DNA of 64,000 bases from Nageia nagi (Eukaryota > Plantae > Pinophyta), in contig JBITNC010000001.1 in assembly GCA_050084985.1 (NCBI GenBank), positions 67,704,001-67,768,000 of the forward strand, written 5' to 3'. The notes beneath the pieces were generated by a model. The model saw nothing but the letters and a program-made list of their open reading frames with translations. It was not told the origin of the DNA and did not search any database. Every line of letters starts with the position of its first letter. Position 1 is the first letter of the stretch. Below are positions 50,085-64,000 of the stretch, piece after piece. A program made the translations under genes and the position numbers.

Positions 50085-53000
50085 TGTGTCATATTATACC
50101 AAGTTGGTCAACTAGAGTAGTGATCAAGTGGAAAACACATAATATGATCTACTCCTCTCTCAATATATTCATCACCATGAGTGATGATAGAATCACTATC
50201 AAGGACATGTGGTTCTACAAATTGAATGGCTGGAGAATCACCAGTCTCATCAAAGATAACATCTCTTCTCACATATATCTTCTACGTAATAGGATCCATG
50301 AGCCTATCACATTTAGATTCATTGCTATACCTGAGAAGAATGCACCTCAAGGACTCATATTCCATCTTACTATGTTGCTCTTTAGGAATATGCATGTAGG
50401 TAGTGCAACCATATACTCAAATATGAGATAGACATGGTTTCACTCTTAACCATGCTTCTGTAAGAGTTATCCCTCAAGATATTTAGTAGGTGCTCTATTC
50501 AATATACTTATTACAATCCTCACAACTTTTACCTAAAAAGAAGGATACAACTTTTCATCCTTCAATGTACTCCTCACCATGTCTACATTGGTATGATTCT
50601 ATCATTCAACAAGTCCATTTTGTTATGGTGTGTATGATGTGATCAACTTCCATAAAATTGCATTCTCTTTCTAGAATGCAAAAAACTCATTTGATGTGCA
50701 CTCTACCCCTCAATCTAAGTAGAGCACATGGGTTTGATGGCTAGTGGCATTCTCCACATGAGCCTTGAACTTATTTAAGTACTCAAAGGTCTTTGAATTT
50801 TCTTTCAAGAAATCTACCTACATATTTTAAGAGTAATCATCAACAAATAATAAATAATATTAGTAAGCAATGTGGCTAGCTTTGATGGGGAAATACAAAT
50901 CATAATGAATTACATCAACAAGAACCTTACCACAATGTATTATAGCCACCAAAGGTATAGTATGTTGTTTTCCTATGATGCAAGAAGAACAAATAGGTGT
51001 AGGATAAGTAAAAAAGGGAAGACCATGGACCATCTTCTTCCATTGTAATATAATCAAGTAGTTGGAATTCATGTGTTCATATCTACAATGCTAAATAGTG
51101 ATATCATATGAAATATTAACCATGAGTGCCTAATTGTTGGAATATATAACAGCAAGTAGGAACATATTCCCAACTCCTATTATTTGAGCCACTATCCAAG
51201 AAGCTTTGGATTTATCTTGAATAAGATAATGTTTCTTCCTATCCAAAGTATCAAGCTCTATTTGAGGTTCTAAACCAAAATTTGATGATCCAAAATGGAT
51301 CATGTAATTTAAAACCAAATATCATTAGAGTGAGGATTTTTTGAATTCTAATAATTAGTTTTTATTTGGAGCATTTCCAATTGGCCTTACAGAGTAATTA
51401 TGGCTAGAACCTATCAAAATAGATCAATCATATTTGGGGAAGGTATAAATTTTTTGGAGGAATCCAATTGAGGTGATTATTTTACATTGAATATAATTTG
51501 AATATGCCTTTCTAACAAGTATATACATGCCTATCTTTGTTGAAAATTTGGCCATCATTCTTGATGTTTTCCCTTAAACTATGCTTATGCTTAAAACTTT
51601 ACTTCCCAACATTGATGTTAAGGATACTAAGAAATTTGGATGTTAAATTTTGTATTTGGTTGGTTTGGCATTATATTATGCAAAATTTCTTTTCAAGGAC
51701 CAAGTATTACTTAAAAACATCAATTCTAATGTTGTATAAGACTCATACATTCACCTAACTACTTGATCATTACCTAACTACTACCTAACCTATTAACAAT
51801 AATGTTGCTGGCAACATCAACGCTTAGCTTCATGCATAATATATTGATGATATTATAAGGGATCATATTTTTCAATTTCATATACATTTAGGGGAATTAT
51901 AGAGGCTATTAATTAGTCTTATGATGATCCATTACCAACCGAGAGTGCATAATGTTTCAATTAACTAGCCATGTTAGTGAACATTAAGCTTGGATAAACA
52001 AAATAGATTTTAAGGAATTTTAAGCATTCATTATCCAATTAGAGGTATTTGTGAAGTTGAGGATTCATTTTAACATGAGAAAAAAAGTAAATTTCATTAA
52101 AAAACACCCTTGGGGATTATTTGGGGAAGGATATTGGAGAGAGAAGAAGAAGAGGTAAGCTTTTATTATAGGTAGGTTGGAGAGAGAGAGAATTTCATAT
52201 GTTGTTCTATTCATTATTATGAGAATAGGAAAATGAATAATATGTTGATATAGATCCCTTGGTGTGAGTGTGGTAATAATATCAAGAGAATGATAGGTGT
52301 GGTTAGACTTAGTATTATGTTATCTGCACAAATGTAGACTTAATATAGTTGGTTAATGTTGTAACTATTCTATGGATCTTTCTTGAAATAATTTTGATAG
52401 AGGAATCCATGAGCGATTTTTAGTAAGTTTGAGAAGGAATTTTGTAGATAATACAAGGGAATGAAAAAATTGTTGGAGGCAATTTAGTTATCTATATTCT
52501 TCTTATCATTATAATGCTATATTGGCCCCAAAAATATTAATCAAGATCAAACATATTGGACAAACCCACATTAGATGAACCAAGGTAACTTTTTGTGTCT
52601 GCATTTTATGTGTACATTTCTTTTACTAGTTTTATCCAAGATTGAGAATTAATGATATTGTCACATGTAGAGACAAAGATCATATTGTATGAGTTATATT
52701 GTATAGTAAATAAGTAAGAGCATAGAATTTTATAGATCATTGCTTACAAATATTTATAGATCATTTGATCAACAAACAAGAGATTCTTTTTAAGTCCTAG
52801 TACATACAATACTTCTTTAACATGATAGTATGCTTCCTAGGATGGATTTGTATATCTTCTTTTCCCTAAATGGCATAGGGTGTGTCATCTCCAATTGTAC
52901 TTAACTAAGGTAGGATTTCTCATCCAAAGAAACAAACCAATCCTTCTAGCCAGCCATGTGATTAGTAGCACCAAAATCCATATACCAAATGGTGATTATT

Positions 53001-53750
53001 CATGGTTCCTCTTGATGGGCAAGACCAAAATCCATTGTCTCTTCTTCTTCAATATTAGCAATATTGCCTTGTTATCCTTGTGGTATTCAATTTCTCCATT
53101 CTACTTTGTTCTTGGGATGAGGTCCTTTAATTTTTTAATTCTTATCACTCAAAGAGGCTTGAGTGAAAGAATTGAACCAATAATCTTGCAATTCATGCCC
53201 CTTATTTCTAGAAATTAAGTAACAATTTTTTGTTTTATTGGTATCTTGTGATTTTAATTTCCCTTCTATTATTTCTTGCCCTTTTGAGTAAAAACCATTG
53301 CATTCTCTTCTTCATTTGAATTCTCATGGAAGTGCTCTTCTTGTTGCAACATATTAACAAACTCTTCAAGTATGGATTTTGTTTGATGATGTCAAAGGAT
53401 ATCAAAAAGATGTAATATGACTTTTAAAGTGCTCTTAATATAATTGGTACAAGGATATTATCTTCCATTATCTCTCATATTATTTGCAGGGAGCATAAAG
53501 CTCTGCAACTCAAAGATGAAATGACTCCAACTTATCCCCACCTTTGAACTTCAAATTATGTAACTATCCTTGAAGATGAATAATCTAATTTTGATTCTTT
53601 GATTCAAACACTTGTTGCAATTTCTTCTAGGATTTAATACCATTTTGAATTAGAAGGATGTTATTGAATCACCATGCTAATATGAAGAATTTTGATAATC
53701 TCATAGATAAATTTGTGTAAGAATTCAAAATCAAACATCAAATTTGATAG
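50085..53750 (-). mobile_element. Degenerate Copia remnant, copy B (integrase, GAG-pre-integrase, protease, gag), split by the same unclassified insertion
   Basis: Paralog of 20580-24355; MVHGLP...CSSCIIGKQH (50860-51072); gag piece KKLQQVFESKNQN near 53590-53630. Confidence 0.8.
51275..52760 (-). mobile_element. Unclassified repeat insertion, copy B (internally deleted relative to 21660-23850)
   Basis: Colinear with copy A; lacks ~22570-23140 of A. Confidence 0.6.
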
Positions 53751-54129
53751 CACATTAGGAGATTTTTACAAACCCAAGTAGTTTTCAAATCAAATTCTAT
53801 GATTTCCTAAAGCTATGAAAAAGTGAAAACCAATGAAATTATAGAAAAATAATATGTAAAAGCTCTCTTATAATCACTTTCTCTAAAATTCAAAAGACAC
53901 ATTTGCAATATTATTAATTCATGTTCCATTCATCCAAGGAAGAAATGATTCACAAAATGATAAAAAAGGAAACTATTTTCTTGAAATGTGGAATATAGAA
54001 ATATGGAAAGAGTAGCAACGAGAAAAGGAATAATATAACAGTTAAAAATAAAAAGACAAGAATAAAAACACAACAATTGTTGGAAAAATGGAACAAGTTC
54101 AAACCAACCTTCATAAAAAACCTCAAACA

Positions 54130-54460
54130 AAGTATTCAGGAAAGCTTAATCTTAGTTTTGGACACCTTGATTAAGGGACATACTAAGTTATCTCCAAAAA
54201 GAGAACATTACTTTCCTAATGGTGTCCTATAAGGTTACAGGTTTGAGCAATTTTGCAACTATCATCACAACACTGAATATACCATAGAAAAATGTAGAAA
54301 ATTGATGAACATTATTTAAGATTTAATTGATCATAAGGTAATATAGTTTGATAAATATATACAACCCAACCAACCTATATAGAAGACTTGGGATTCTAGA
54401 AATTAACACCACTTCATCCACACAATAAAAATCTAAGAATTTATACTAATCCATTGCTAC
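54130..54460 (+). mobile_element. Probable Gypsy (Tat/Ogre-like) gag zinc-knuckle fragment
   Basis: Translates as FCNYHHNTEYTIEKCRKLMNII*DLIDHKVI...NLRIYTNPL, resembling the C-x-YH...C...IQDLID gag motif. Confidence 0.5.
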
Positions 54461-57400
54461 AAGAAGTCATGAATCATGTAAAAAAACCATCAAAAATTGT
54501 TGTTAGATTTGCAAAAATAGTCTTAAAACAAGATATAGAAACACATTATCAACATACCAATCATTTCAAAAGCATATCAAGCTTGAAGTTTAATATATCC
54601 CAAGTGGATATTCTAGGACAAGCAGGTCCAAATCATGGGTACTTTGGGATTACACAACCACAACATGGGTGTTCTATGATAGTTCCTAGAAACAAATCAG
54701 AATAGTTCCAAAAGGTTAGATATATAGTTTGTGTTAGCATGGTGATTTCTTCAACAAGAAGACAATTGCAAAATTATCCTTCCAAAGATATATTTTTCTT
54801 AGCAGCACACAATCAAAGATGTATTTTCTTAATGAAATAATTAATTTTTAACATTTTTGAATTGCTTCAAATAATTCAATTATATATTATAATCATTAAT
54901 AAAACTATTATTGAATGCTTATTATGAAGAAAATATGAGGGAGCATAATTTCATGAGGCTTCTATAAAATCTAGAATAGATTATGTGTTTACCAAAGCTG
55001 ACAATGTGGAAAATATAATATAAAAATTATATATCAATTTGAAATGCAAATATTGAGTAAATATGAAACAAAGCCTTAGTCTTTCTATGCCTACCTAATG
55101 TATTTTATATAAATTTTAAATCCTCCAAAAAATGGCTTGACATTATGTCTTCTCCTGATAAACTCACAATTACAATGTATTGTGAAACTACTCGAGTGAG
55201 ATAACTAATTTTGCTCTAAGAAATATGAATGTAAATAACAATAACAATACCAATGAAACATAAAAATTTGTATATTCTTCTAATGTACTACAATCAATGA
55301 AAAATAACGATCTGAATATTTATTTTAATATATTAAAATGCTCCCTAAATATTTTATTTCAACTTAAAAAAGTATATTCTTGTTAAAACCAAAGACCTAA
55401 AAATTTCTTCTAATATATTGCATATTGCAAAGCTAACTAAATATTTTTTTCAAAGTAAAAGTGTACATTTTGATTTAAAATAAATTATATAGCAAAATAA
55501 CCATGAAATTATTTTCTAGGATTTATAAACTAGATATAAATGTTTGGTGTCACTTGATGCCTTTCAAGAATCAATTATTTTTGTGGATATTTAAAAAAAA
55601 TGACAAATAATATCCATACCCATTTTGGACATGATTTCCAATAATTTTCACCAAAGGATAAATAGATTTTACTAGTAAAGACTTCTAAATGCCATAAGCA
55701 GTATATGAATGGCATATGGCTAGGAATACAAAATCAATATTTAGGAACATGAAAATACTTATGTACATCACGGGTTGTGAATAGATTCCTAAATAGTTTT
55801 AGTAAATAAAGGTGTTAATATTATTTTTGGAAATTTATTTCCCTTAAGGTGTCAATATTATTTTTGAAATTTATTTCCCTACCAATGATGTCATATGGCA
55901 ACCTTTTTATCTTTTCCATATCCATGATGTCATATGTACAAAAGTCTTTTGGTTTTATTACTATTAAAATATATTACAATTCTTATCTTGGTTTGAACCC
56001 TTGGTGCTTTTTCATCTATACATAGTATATCACATAAGAATCTCATGCAGTATTGTATCTTTTGGTATTTTCCATGTCCATCATGCCATATGTGTGAAAG
56101 CCTTTTGGCTTCATTGCAGCATGCTTGATAAATGTGTAAATAGGGTTACATTGCATATTAAGATACTATAAAAAATGTGCTTCCTTGCAAGAAGCTTCTC
56201 AAGGTATAAATGTCTAGTTACCCTAGGCACAAGTAATAGTTTACTAATCTAGGTATAGAGGGTCAATATATAATTAGTGGAAACAAAACCAATTTGAAAC
56301 TTTCCTTGATTATGATGCTTTTATTCAAAAAAATATCTTGTAAATATTGTTTAATGATGCTTCAACAATTAGATCATTGTGGATGTCTTTTGTATTCCCA
56401 TACAATGGACATCTACCATAATAATAAATTAATCATTTCCTTTTGAAATATGTAGGTAGGCCATTTATGCACTCGATTGGAATCTCATTTCTATTTCTTT
56501 TTTCATAATATATAATGGATGAAATTTACCAAAATATGATGTTGGTAACAAGTTTTTTTTAGCTATTGCAATCAGCAACATTTGTATATATTTCCATACC
56601 CTGCACATCAAATATATTGGTTAGTATTGTAAAATGATCTTGGAAAACCAACATACATAGAAATTGAAGCATCATGAATCCTATAAAACTATTGAATTCT
56701 AAAAAGGTTATTCATAAATTTTATCAATAAAATATCATTTATTGTAAAATGATAATTGAATAGTTTTGATAATTTCAAGAACTTGTCCAAGGTCTTATGA
56801 ATACATTTCTTGTGACTTAAAACATAGATAAATCCATAATCATTGAAATTTACTTTAGTTAGTGTAAAAAATGCTCTTTGCATGTATATATTTTTAGAAA
56901 GAACTTGTTGCACATAGAGTAAATATTTAAACATATACCTTTAAATTCATCAAAGGAGCAACATAAAATATAGATGTTAACATAATTATCATTTAATCCT
57001 AAAATCATTAAACATGAATGAAAAAGTTTTATGATTATAAATATTAGATCTAAAATTAGTATAAAACATTATAAGAGAAGCTTGATTTCTTGCAACAACA
57101 TGCCAATTTTTGTATGAGTGTCGATTTTACTTCAATTGGGCAACTTATGCTCAAATTATCAAAATAGCAACATAGGTAGAAAGCTACTAGTAGGAAATCT
57201 TTCACAGACTAGGAGAAAGCTTTTGCAAAGAGATCACTCCATGAACACCAAAAAAGCCCTATAAAATCATATTTTAGATTCTTATACATTTGAGTGAGTG
57301 CTAAAAATACAACCAACCAAAAAGAAAATTCAATACGAAAAATTACAAAATCTCTTATTGAACCCACAAGTTGTTCTCAAAGGACACAAATCCTATTGGG

Positions 57401-57659
57401 CACATGGGTACCAATAATCAATACTGAAACAAATATTACCATTTCCTCTAAGTTGTAACTTCTTTCAATAGTATGCTCAACAAGTACTAAAAATATAAAT
57501 TATCTTAAAGCATCATTATTCTATTAATTGAAAACCTTCACTTACAACATCTTTTGGGAATAGCTACATTACCTTCAACCAAAATGATATAGCAAAAAGG
57601 GTCACAATAAATGCATAAACAATTGACTAACTAAGTTCCCAAAATTTCTACTTTTAATT

Positions 57660-57830
57660 CAAAATGGATCATGTGATCAAAAATAAATATAATTGGAGTG
57701 AGGATTTGGTGAATTCTGGAGTTTGTTTGCATATGAAACCTATTAAAATGGATCAATCATATTTGGGAGGATGTAACTTTTGTGTATGCATCTGATTGAG
57801 GAAAATGTTATACCATTGGATAGCTTTTTA
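57660..57830 (-). repeat. Fourth, short fragment of the unclassified repeat family
   Basis: caaaatggatcatgtgatc...aaaatggatcaatcatatttgggagg matches 21676ff and 51291ff. Confidence 0.65.
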
Positions 57831-58476
57831 AAATATTATTAACATATATTACAATTATTATCTTAGTTTGAACCCTTGGTGCTTTGCATTTGTACATAGT
57901 ATATCACATAAGAATCTCATGCAGTATTATGTATGTTAGAAAATGTTTCATGTGTTTGAAAAACTTTAAGTGGAATACAAAAGATTAAGTTTGTATGTAT
58001 TAAAATATTTTATTGTACTTTAGTCTCCTCCAAGGATTTGAAGATCAGATATTAGTAGTTATTTTTCTACATAACTTTGATGATTGGCATTATTCATGTG
58101 AATCATATATTTAATTTATTTAGAGCAAGGAATGCATGCTCTAGCATTCAAACAATAATTAATCGAATATGTTATCTACTATTACATTAAAATATTATTA
58201 AGAGAGGATCTATAGTTATCATTTTAAATGCAACTCTTATCATTTTATGATCTAAAATAATACATTTTGACCATCCAACTAAAAATTTCTTTGAAAATAT
58301 CTCTAACAACACTCTTGAATATTTTGTAAATGCCTTTGAACTAGTAAATATGATAGTATAACATACATAGAAATGGTATCAATGTTCAAAGAGCACTTGA
58401 ATTTATAATTATCCATCACAATACCATACTAAAATATATTACACAAAAATTAATTTTATTTGTGCAAATGAATACA

Positions 58477-61400
58477 TCAAGAAATACTAGTCATATTCAA
58501 ATAGGTTGTGTAAGATTCATCTCTTAGAACCATGATGGGTTCCAAATGATAACTATTGTACAAACCCTTAACAATAAAAATTAGAGGATGGTATGTGCTT
58601 ATTCCTTTTATTACATTGAAGATCATTTCTTGAATAAAATCTATAACTCTTCTTTTAGCATAATTCAATTGAACAACTTGCCCTACTTGATATCATGATA
58701 CACCATAAAGAAAGCATGAAGGCCTATTTGTAGACTCAAAAGAAATAGAATTTATGTTACCATCCAATCCCATCCATAATTTAAAGATGTTAGAACTTGC
58801 ATTATTTTTGAAAGAAACCACCCCACAAATCCTTAACAAACATCCATAATTTTCATCACTCTATGAAATACTAGTACTTTGGGAAATAGTAATATTTTGT
58901 CTACTTCATTATGTGAAACAACCCATCTTGGAATAAAAGGACTCCAAATAAACATTCTTCCCAAAAACATTTGTAACTAAATTTGAGTTTATTTCTCTAT
59001 TGGGAAAAGTTACATATACAATTCTAAAAGTAGCATGAGTTGGTTCATCAGTTCCAATATTAGTGAAATGATCCATAAATACTTGAATGTGTTTATTGAA
59101 CTTGAATACCAAGGTGTTGTTGTTATTGAATGCAAATAAACATGATAGCTTTCCTTCTTGGGAAAAGGAGAATAATTGAGATTGGTATGAAGTAGGAACT
59201 AGCTTGATCCAATCCTATGTTGAAGATGTTTTAGGTATTTGTATGTCCCCATCTCCATCCAACACACCAACTAGCACATAACGACCAAACATGATAGCTT
59301 GAAGAGTTTGATATTGAGGATGATCATCTGTTTAAAAACATAAAAGAACAAATTAATATTTTTAACATGTAAACCTAACTACTTAGCTCAATATTCTTTC
59401 TTATTGGATTTTACATGTGCAAATTTAGATATTATTATACCATAAACCTTTAATAGTGTCTATCCTAAAGCTAATAGGAAATGAGAAAGAAAGTTTGTCT
59501 CTTGATGCCAATTTTCTCTTATTCATCAAAAAGCTTCCTGTGATTCATAAAATTAATATAATAGTATCCTTAGTTTTGTTTTTATAGAAAAAATATCAAT
59601 ATAATTGTGCCAACCCTAAATAAAATAAAAAAGGATTAATACATATTACATGTATAACAAGTTCAATATTTGTATTTGTAATTAAAACTAATATAATGTT
59701 ATTCTAATTTTTGTTCTTATGCAGAAAATCAATGTAACATCCCACACACAAAACAAAAAATGAATTAATACAACTATAATAAGTTCAATACCTAGATTTG
59801 GTAAAGATAGTCTTTCAACATTAAGCATTGCACTAGCTTCTTGTATTTTCTAAAATGGAATCCTTATATATATAGTGACCTCCATATTCTTTGCCTTTGC
59901 ATTCTTTGTCACCATAAGAAAAATAACAACATACTACAATGTTATGAACATCATCTTATAGCTTGTACCAACTTGCTTTCTATAAGAATAAATGGTTTAC
60001 ATGAAAATATCTTCTACTATTTATCACAAAAAAATCCAATTCCATTTTGAATGCTAAAAGTATGAATTGTTTTACCTCCAATCCTAAAATTTCCATTAAC
60101 ACTTTTAGATATGGATCTAATGAAGACAATGGTTGAACTATTTGTATCAAGGCCAACCCAACTGAATCCCAAGTAATTTTTCTAGATATAAACTGAATTA
60201 TATACAAATTAGAACTTCCCTTTTCTTGAAAATATATAGAATCTCCCAACTTGGAGAATGGTTCACTTGCTGCAAAAATAAAATATTAACAAGAACTCAA
60301 ATAAGGATAAAGAAATATTTTGTATTTAAGATAATTTCATCATTATAATTTTTTCTAATATTATTTCTAATGTATAAAATATTACATGTGTTGTAACTAC
60401 ACCCAAAAGTATGATGTGAATCACCCCAACCATTGTTACTCCTATACTTAGAAACTCCACTTCCATGTGGAAGCATGTATATCATTTTCCCAAGATTTGT
60501 ACCTCTTTAGATCCCAAGAATACCATTGGTTATAGCATGCTCATAATAGTTTGCATATGCCATTTCTTTGGTCCATTGAAACAAATAACAAGCAATCTAC
60601 ACCCAAGAAAGAACAAGACAATAATATCTCACATTTATAAAAAATGTTATATAGATATAAAATATAAGAACTTTATATATGAAACAAAGAGTAGAAGCCA
60701 TATGGTTCAAAATGATTGAAACAAAGGATTTTTAATATTAGGAATTGTAGACCTTTAACATATTATAAGTAGTACAATTCTCTTCATTCTCTATACCAAG
60801 TTCTATAGTAAGCCTCTTTGGGTCAACCTTGGAAGAGAAATAGGAAACTTCCATAAGTTGTTGCATAGCCATTTAAAATTTTCTTCCTATTGTTTAATAA
60901 AATATGTTTTTTTTCAAATAAAGGTTTTCATACCAATGTTTAGTACGAGATGATCCACCAGTTGCATATACATGTGATGAAGTAACAATATCCATGAAAA
61001 AAGTGGTTATGTCCTATGAAAAATAAAAGTACAAACATATAAATAAAAATAGTTGCATTATGTACATTTGAATATATGTACTATGAAAAAATAACCTTTT
61101 CAATATGCAACTCTTTGTTAAATTCTAAAAGGAATTAAGCAATAAAACAAAAATTTAAATTGTGTAACTTTCATTGTTTGAACAATGCTTTGCACATACA
61201 TAAGAAATATAGTATTAAAATAGGTGATAAATTATGTAACATTTGTAAAGACCTTTACAAATCCATGAAATATAAAAAATACTAGAATATTATTCCTTGA
61301 CCAAAGTCTGTAAGATTCTAAGGGTGGCAATTTAAGAGCAATAGAATAACATAAAACAAAACTTATTTATAATTATATTTGTATTGTTAGCATCAAAATA

Positions 61401-63521
61401 CATCTATAATGACTTAATAAGCCTTAATTTGATTCTCAATCATCACCATATTAGTTCTCAAAATTTTCTCACAACTTTCACACATATATCTTGTAAAAAG
61501 GATCACCAACAACCTCATATCTCATTTGGGCACCAAGAAGCACTGCAAGGTGTGTGTTGACATGTAATTGGCAAATGTTATCAACCTACAACTAAAAAAA
61601 TAATCATCAACCAACAAACAATTAATAAATAAAATCTTTATATCCCTCCATATGGGAATATATCACTTTATTTTTGTACAATAATGCAAATAAGATATGC
61701 AAGGGTACTTTTGCTTAACTTATTTAATACATGTTGAGTAAAAACTTTCCAGGCTACTCATACAACACTTCTTTGATATGAAAAACATAGGTAGAATCCC
61801 TTAAGTTAAAGTAGATACAATAAAATTAAAAATTTCAATTTTATTTAATGATTTGAAGGATTCAAGAAAGTGAATACCTTAATAGCTAACATTCCCAAAA
61901 AGAAAGGCTTGTCAAAGAGATGTACCATCCCTAAGTTTTTTGGGTCTACTTGCATCCAAATTGCATAATAATTCTATTTAAGTATCACTTAAGAGTATAA
62001 TTATGATTATTGTGTTGGGATTATAAGTCATAAAAAGGTACAAATTCTAGTAAAAGGAAGTAATATTGCCTAAATAATAAATTGTAATTCTAAATTCAAA
62101 ATAAAATGTATTTTATATGACAAATCAATGTCATACATTCCAACTAATAACATGCTTTGATTTTTACATTTAATTTATTTTCAAGCACATGACAATCAAA
62201 ATTGGTATGGTTTCTTAGATTTTGACTAACCTTTACTTCTTTGAAAAGGGAAAGGAAAGCTAAAAATGATGAACTATAACAAATTTTTGAAAAATACATT
62301 TACAAATAGCTAGAGTGTAGGATTAAGTAGAAGACTTATTGTTAAATTGTAGAGGCAATAAATGACATCGTTCATGCATATCACCAATTTAATCTAAAAC
62401 TAAAATCAACTTACCTTTTGGATAGTATAATAGGGTACCCAAACATTTTTAAGGGTTTTCAAATTATCAAATTCCCATGCAAGAAAAGCAGATAGATAAC
62501 TTTTCCTTATCACTCTTTGACATTCACCTAGAAAAAATATGACATAGGTCATCCTTTCCTTGATGATCTCATTCTGGGTAGAGGTACATAACATTATCAT
62601 GGAGCTTATATAGTGCCCTAAATCATTTTAAAAATAAAATCATGGTGAAACCATCCATTTAATTCTAAATGGGATAAATTGAGTTCTATTCAAACATAAA
62701 ATTTGTTCATGATATCACATAACAAACTAAATCATTTGTTTAATATTAAATTTGATAAATGTGTAGGGATTAGATTAAAACATATTGTAGGTTTAATTCC
62801 CTTCCCTCAACGAACCCAATACGAAAAGTTTTGAACTTTATACATAGTAAAAATACATTAAACATTATATATTGAGCTCAATTGAGGTCTTCTTAAAGCT
62901 TAAAACATTCTTTCTACAATAACCAATAGTAATATAAGTTTTAAGGAATTTTCATTCTTACCTACAAATGGCCTTTGAGTTGAGAGGTGGAATCTTCCCA
63001 CCTATCGTAAGGCTATCTAGAAGTAGGTAGGCCAACATTTGTTTTGAAACTATTTAGACTATTATCCACGTCAAGAAGCATCATAAAATCCAAATGAGTG
63101 TTTTGGGAAATCCCATGGATCAAACTTGGGTCTAGATAAACTTTACTTAATAGCACCTCCTCTAGTAAAATCTAAGCCTTGGGTAGGTTTACTTCCAGGT
63201 TGCTCTTCATTCTTCCAAACAAATATATCCTATTGGATTCTTGAAGAGTCTAAGCATAATGAGATTTTTTATGAGAATGTGAATGTTATCCATCTTCTCC
63301 TTTATGATCTTCAAAATTGGACCTTCCATGGTGAGGGAAAATGTTATTCCATATTTCCTTCTCTAAATGCATGGAATGGATGAATTTCTCATACATTTTT
63401 TGCTTCCATGTCTCATTTTTTGAGAACTAAAGTGTAACACAAATTTGATGATTGAGAGGAAACTGAGTAGGAGTAAATTTGGAAGTAAAGTTATTAGACT
63501 AAGGCAGTGTTATGGGTTTAG
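58477..63521 (-). pseudogene. GH127/GH146 (DUF1680) glycosidase pseudogene, copy B (5' end displaced by an insertion)
   Basis: E1 63521-62962 (VYLDPSLIHGISQNTHLDFMMLLDVD...WEDSTSQLKGH), E2 62617-62415 (YLSAFLAWEFDNLKTLKNVWVPYYTIQK), E3 remnant ~62377-62340, E4 61949-61878, E5 61585-61490, E6 61013-60934, E7 ~60828-60753 (DPKRLTIELGIENEENCTTYNMLK), E8 60596-60386, E9 60269-60076 (FSKLGDSIYFQE), E10 ~59912-59792, E11 59537-59448, E12 59327-58477 (DDHPQYQTLQAIMFG...LRDESYTTYLN). Confidence 0.93.
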
Positions 63522-63524
63522 TAT

Positions 63525-64000
63525 TGTAAAGATCCAAATACAACTTCAAGTAATAATTAGTAAATTCAAACACTTAAACCCCAATTTTATGCCTAGGGCA
63601 TTAATTACAAGTATATAAAACCTCAATACAACAACGTTAGGGTGAGGATACCCACTTCAAGTTAATACAATGCAAATATGCTAACATCTAAGCTAGGGCA
63701 TCAATATTAAACATTAATAGCACCAAGATACCAATGGATGGCAAAGACTAGCAGATATCAAAGTACATAAGCTCACAATACCAATGTCTAGTCCACACAA
63801 ACATATACAAGGAATGGTAATCTAATGATGGTAATAAACAAAGCTTACACAATACAAATATGATATCCAAGTGCCATTGGATGTATATATGATATAATAT
63901 GATAACAATACAATTCCAAGCTCCTAGAGCTAGACATTGGTCTCCAAGGAGCCAATTAGGGTATAATCTATATATATTTCACTATTGGACTAATACTCGA
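63525..64000. mobile_element. Probable LTR end of an element inserted in exon 1 of GH127 copy B (runs off window)
   Basis: Homology to copy A stops abruptly at ~63521-63524 and new sequence starts with TG (tgtaaagatcc); other end not visible. Confidence 0.5.

Larger units (their letters stand above)
38390..63521. repeat. Segmental duplication block B (paralogous to 16019-30383)
   Basis: See block A; differs by independent insertions and deletions. Confidence 0.93.

Noticed and set aside
56468-56491. Minus-strand EMRFQSSA resembling histone H3 DLRFQSSA
   Set aside because: Only about six matching residues, flanked by a stop and non-H3 sequence; chance match.
24972-63521. Possibility that either GH127 copy is functional
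   Set aside because: Both have multiple nonsense codons, frameshifts, broken splice sites and exon deletions.

Overview
AT-rich, strongly CpG-depleted plant nuclear DNA, probably gymnosperm (inferred from TE style, not verified). It is a nest of decayed LTR retrotransposons laid over an old tandem segmental duplication: block A ~16019-30383 and block B ~38390-63521, roughly 85-90% identical in a hand-checked sample. Each block carries a Gypsy remnant, a Copia remnant split by an unclassified repeat, and a minus-strand 12-exon pseudogene of the secreted GH127/GH146 (DUF1680, beta-L-arabinofuranosidase-like) family (24972-30481 and 58477-63521). No intact host gene is present. Other elements: an old Copia (<1-16018) containing an 8.35-kb TSD-bounded insert with its own decayed large ORF but no gag/pol (859-9212); a solo LTR with GC hairpins (18124-18705); a 3.8-kb 37/34-bp minisatellite just upstream of the first GH127 copy that looks like a deaminated ACGT-box + RY-motif array; and a nearly intact 5.1-kb Copia (43332-48461) with TSD, PBS and PPT. 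Most short ORFs in the track are repeat artefacts or pseudogene fragments.
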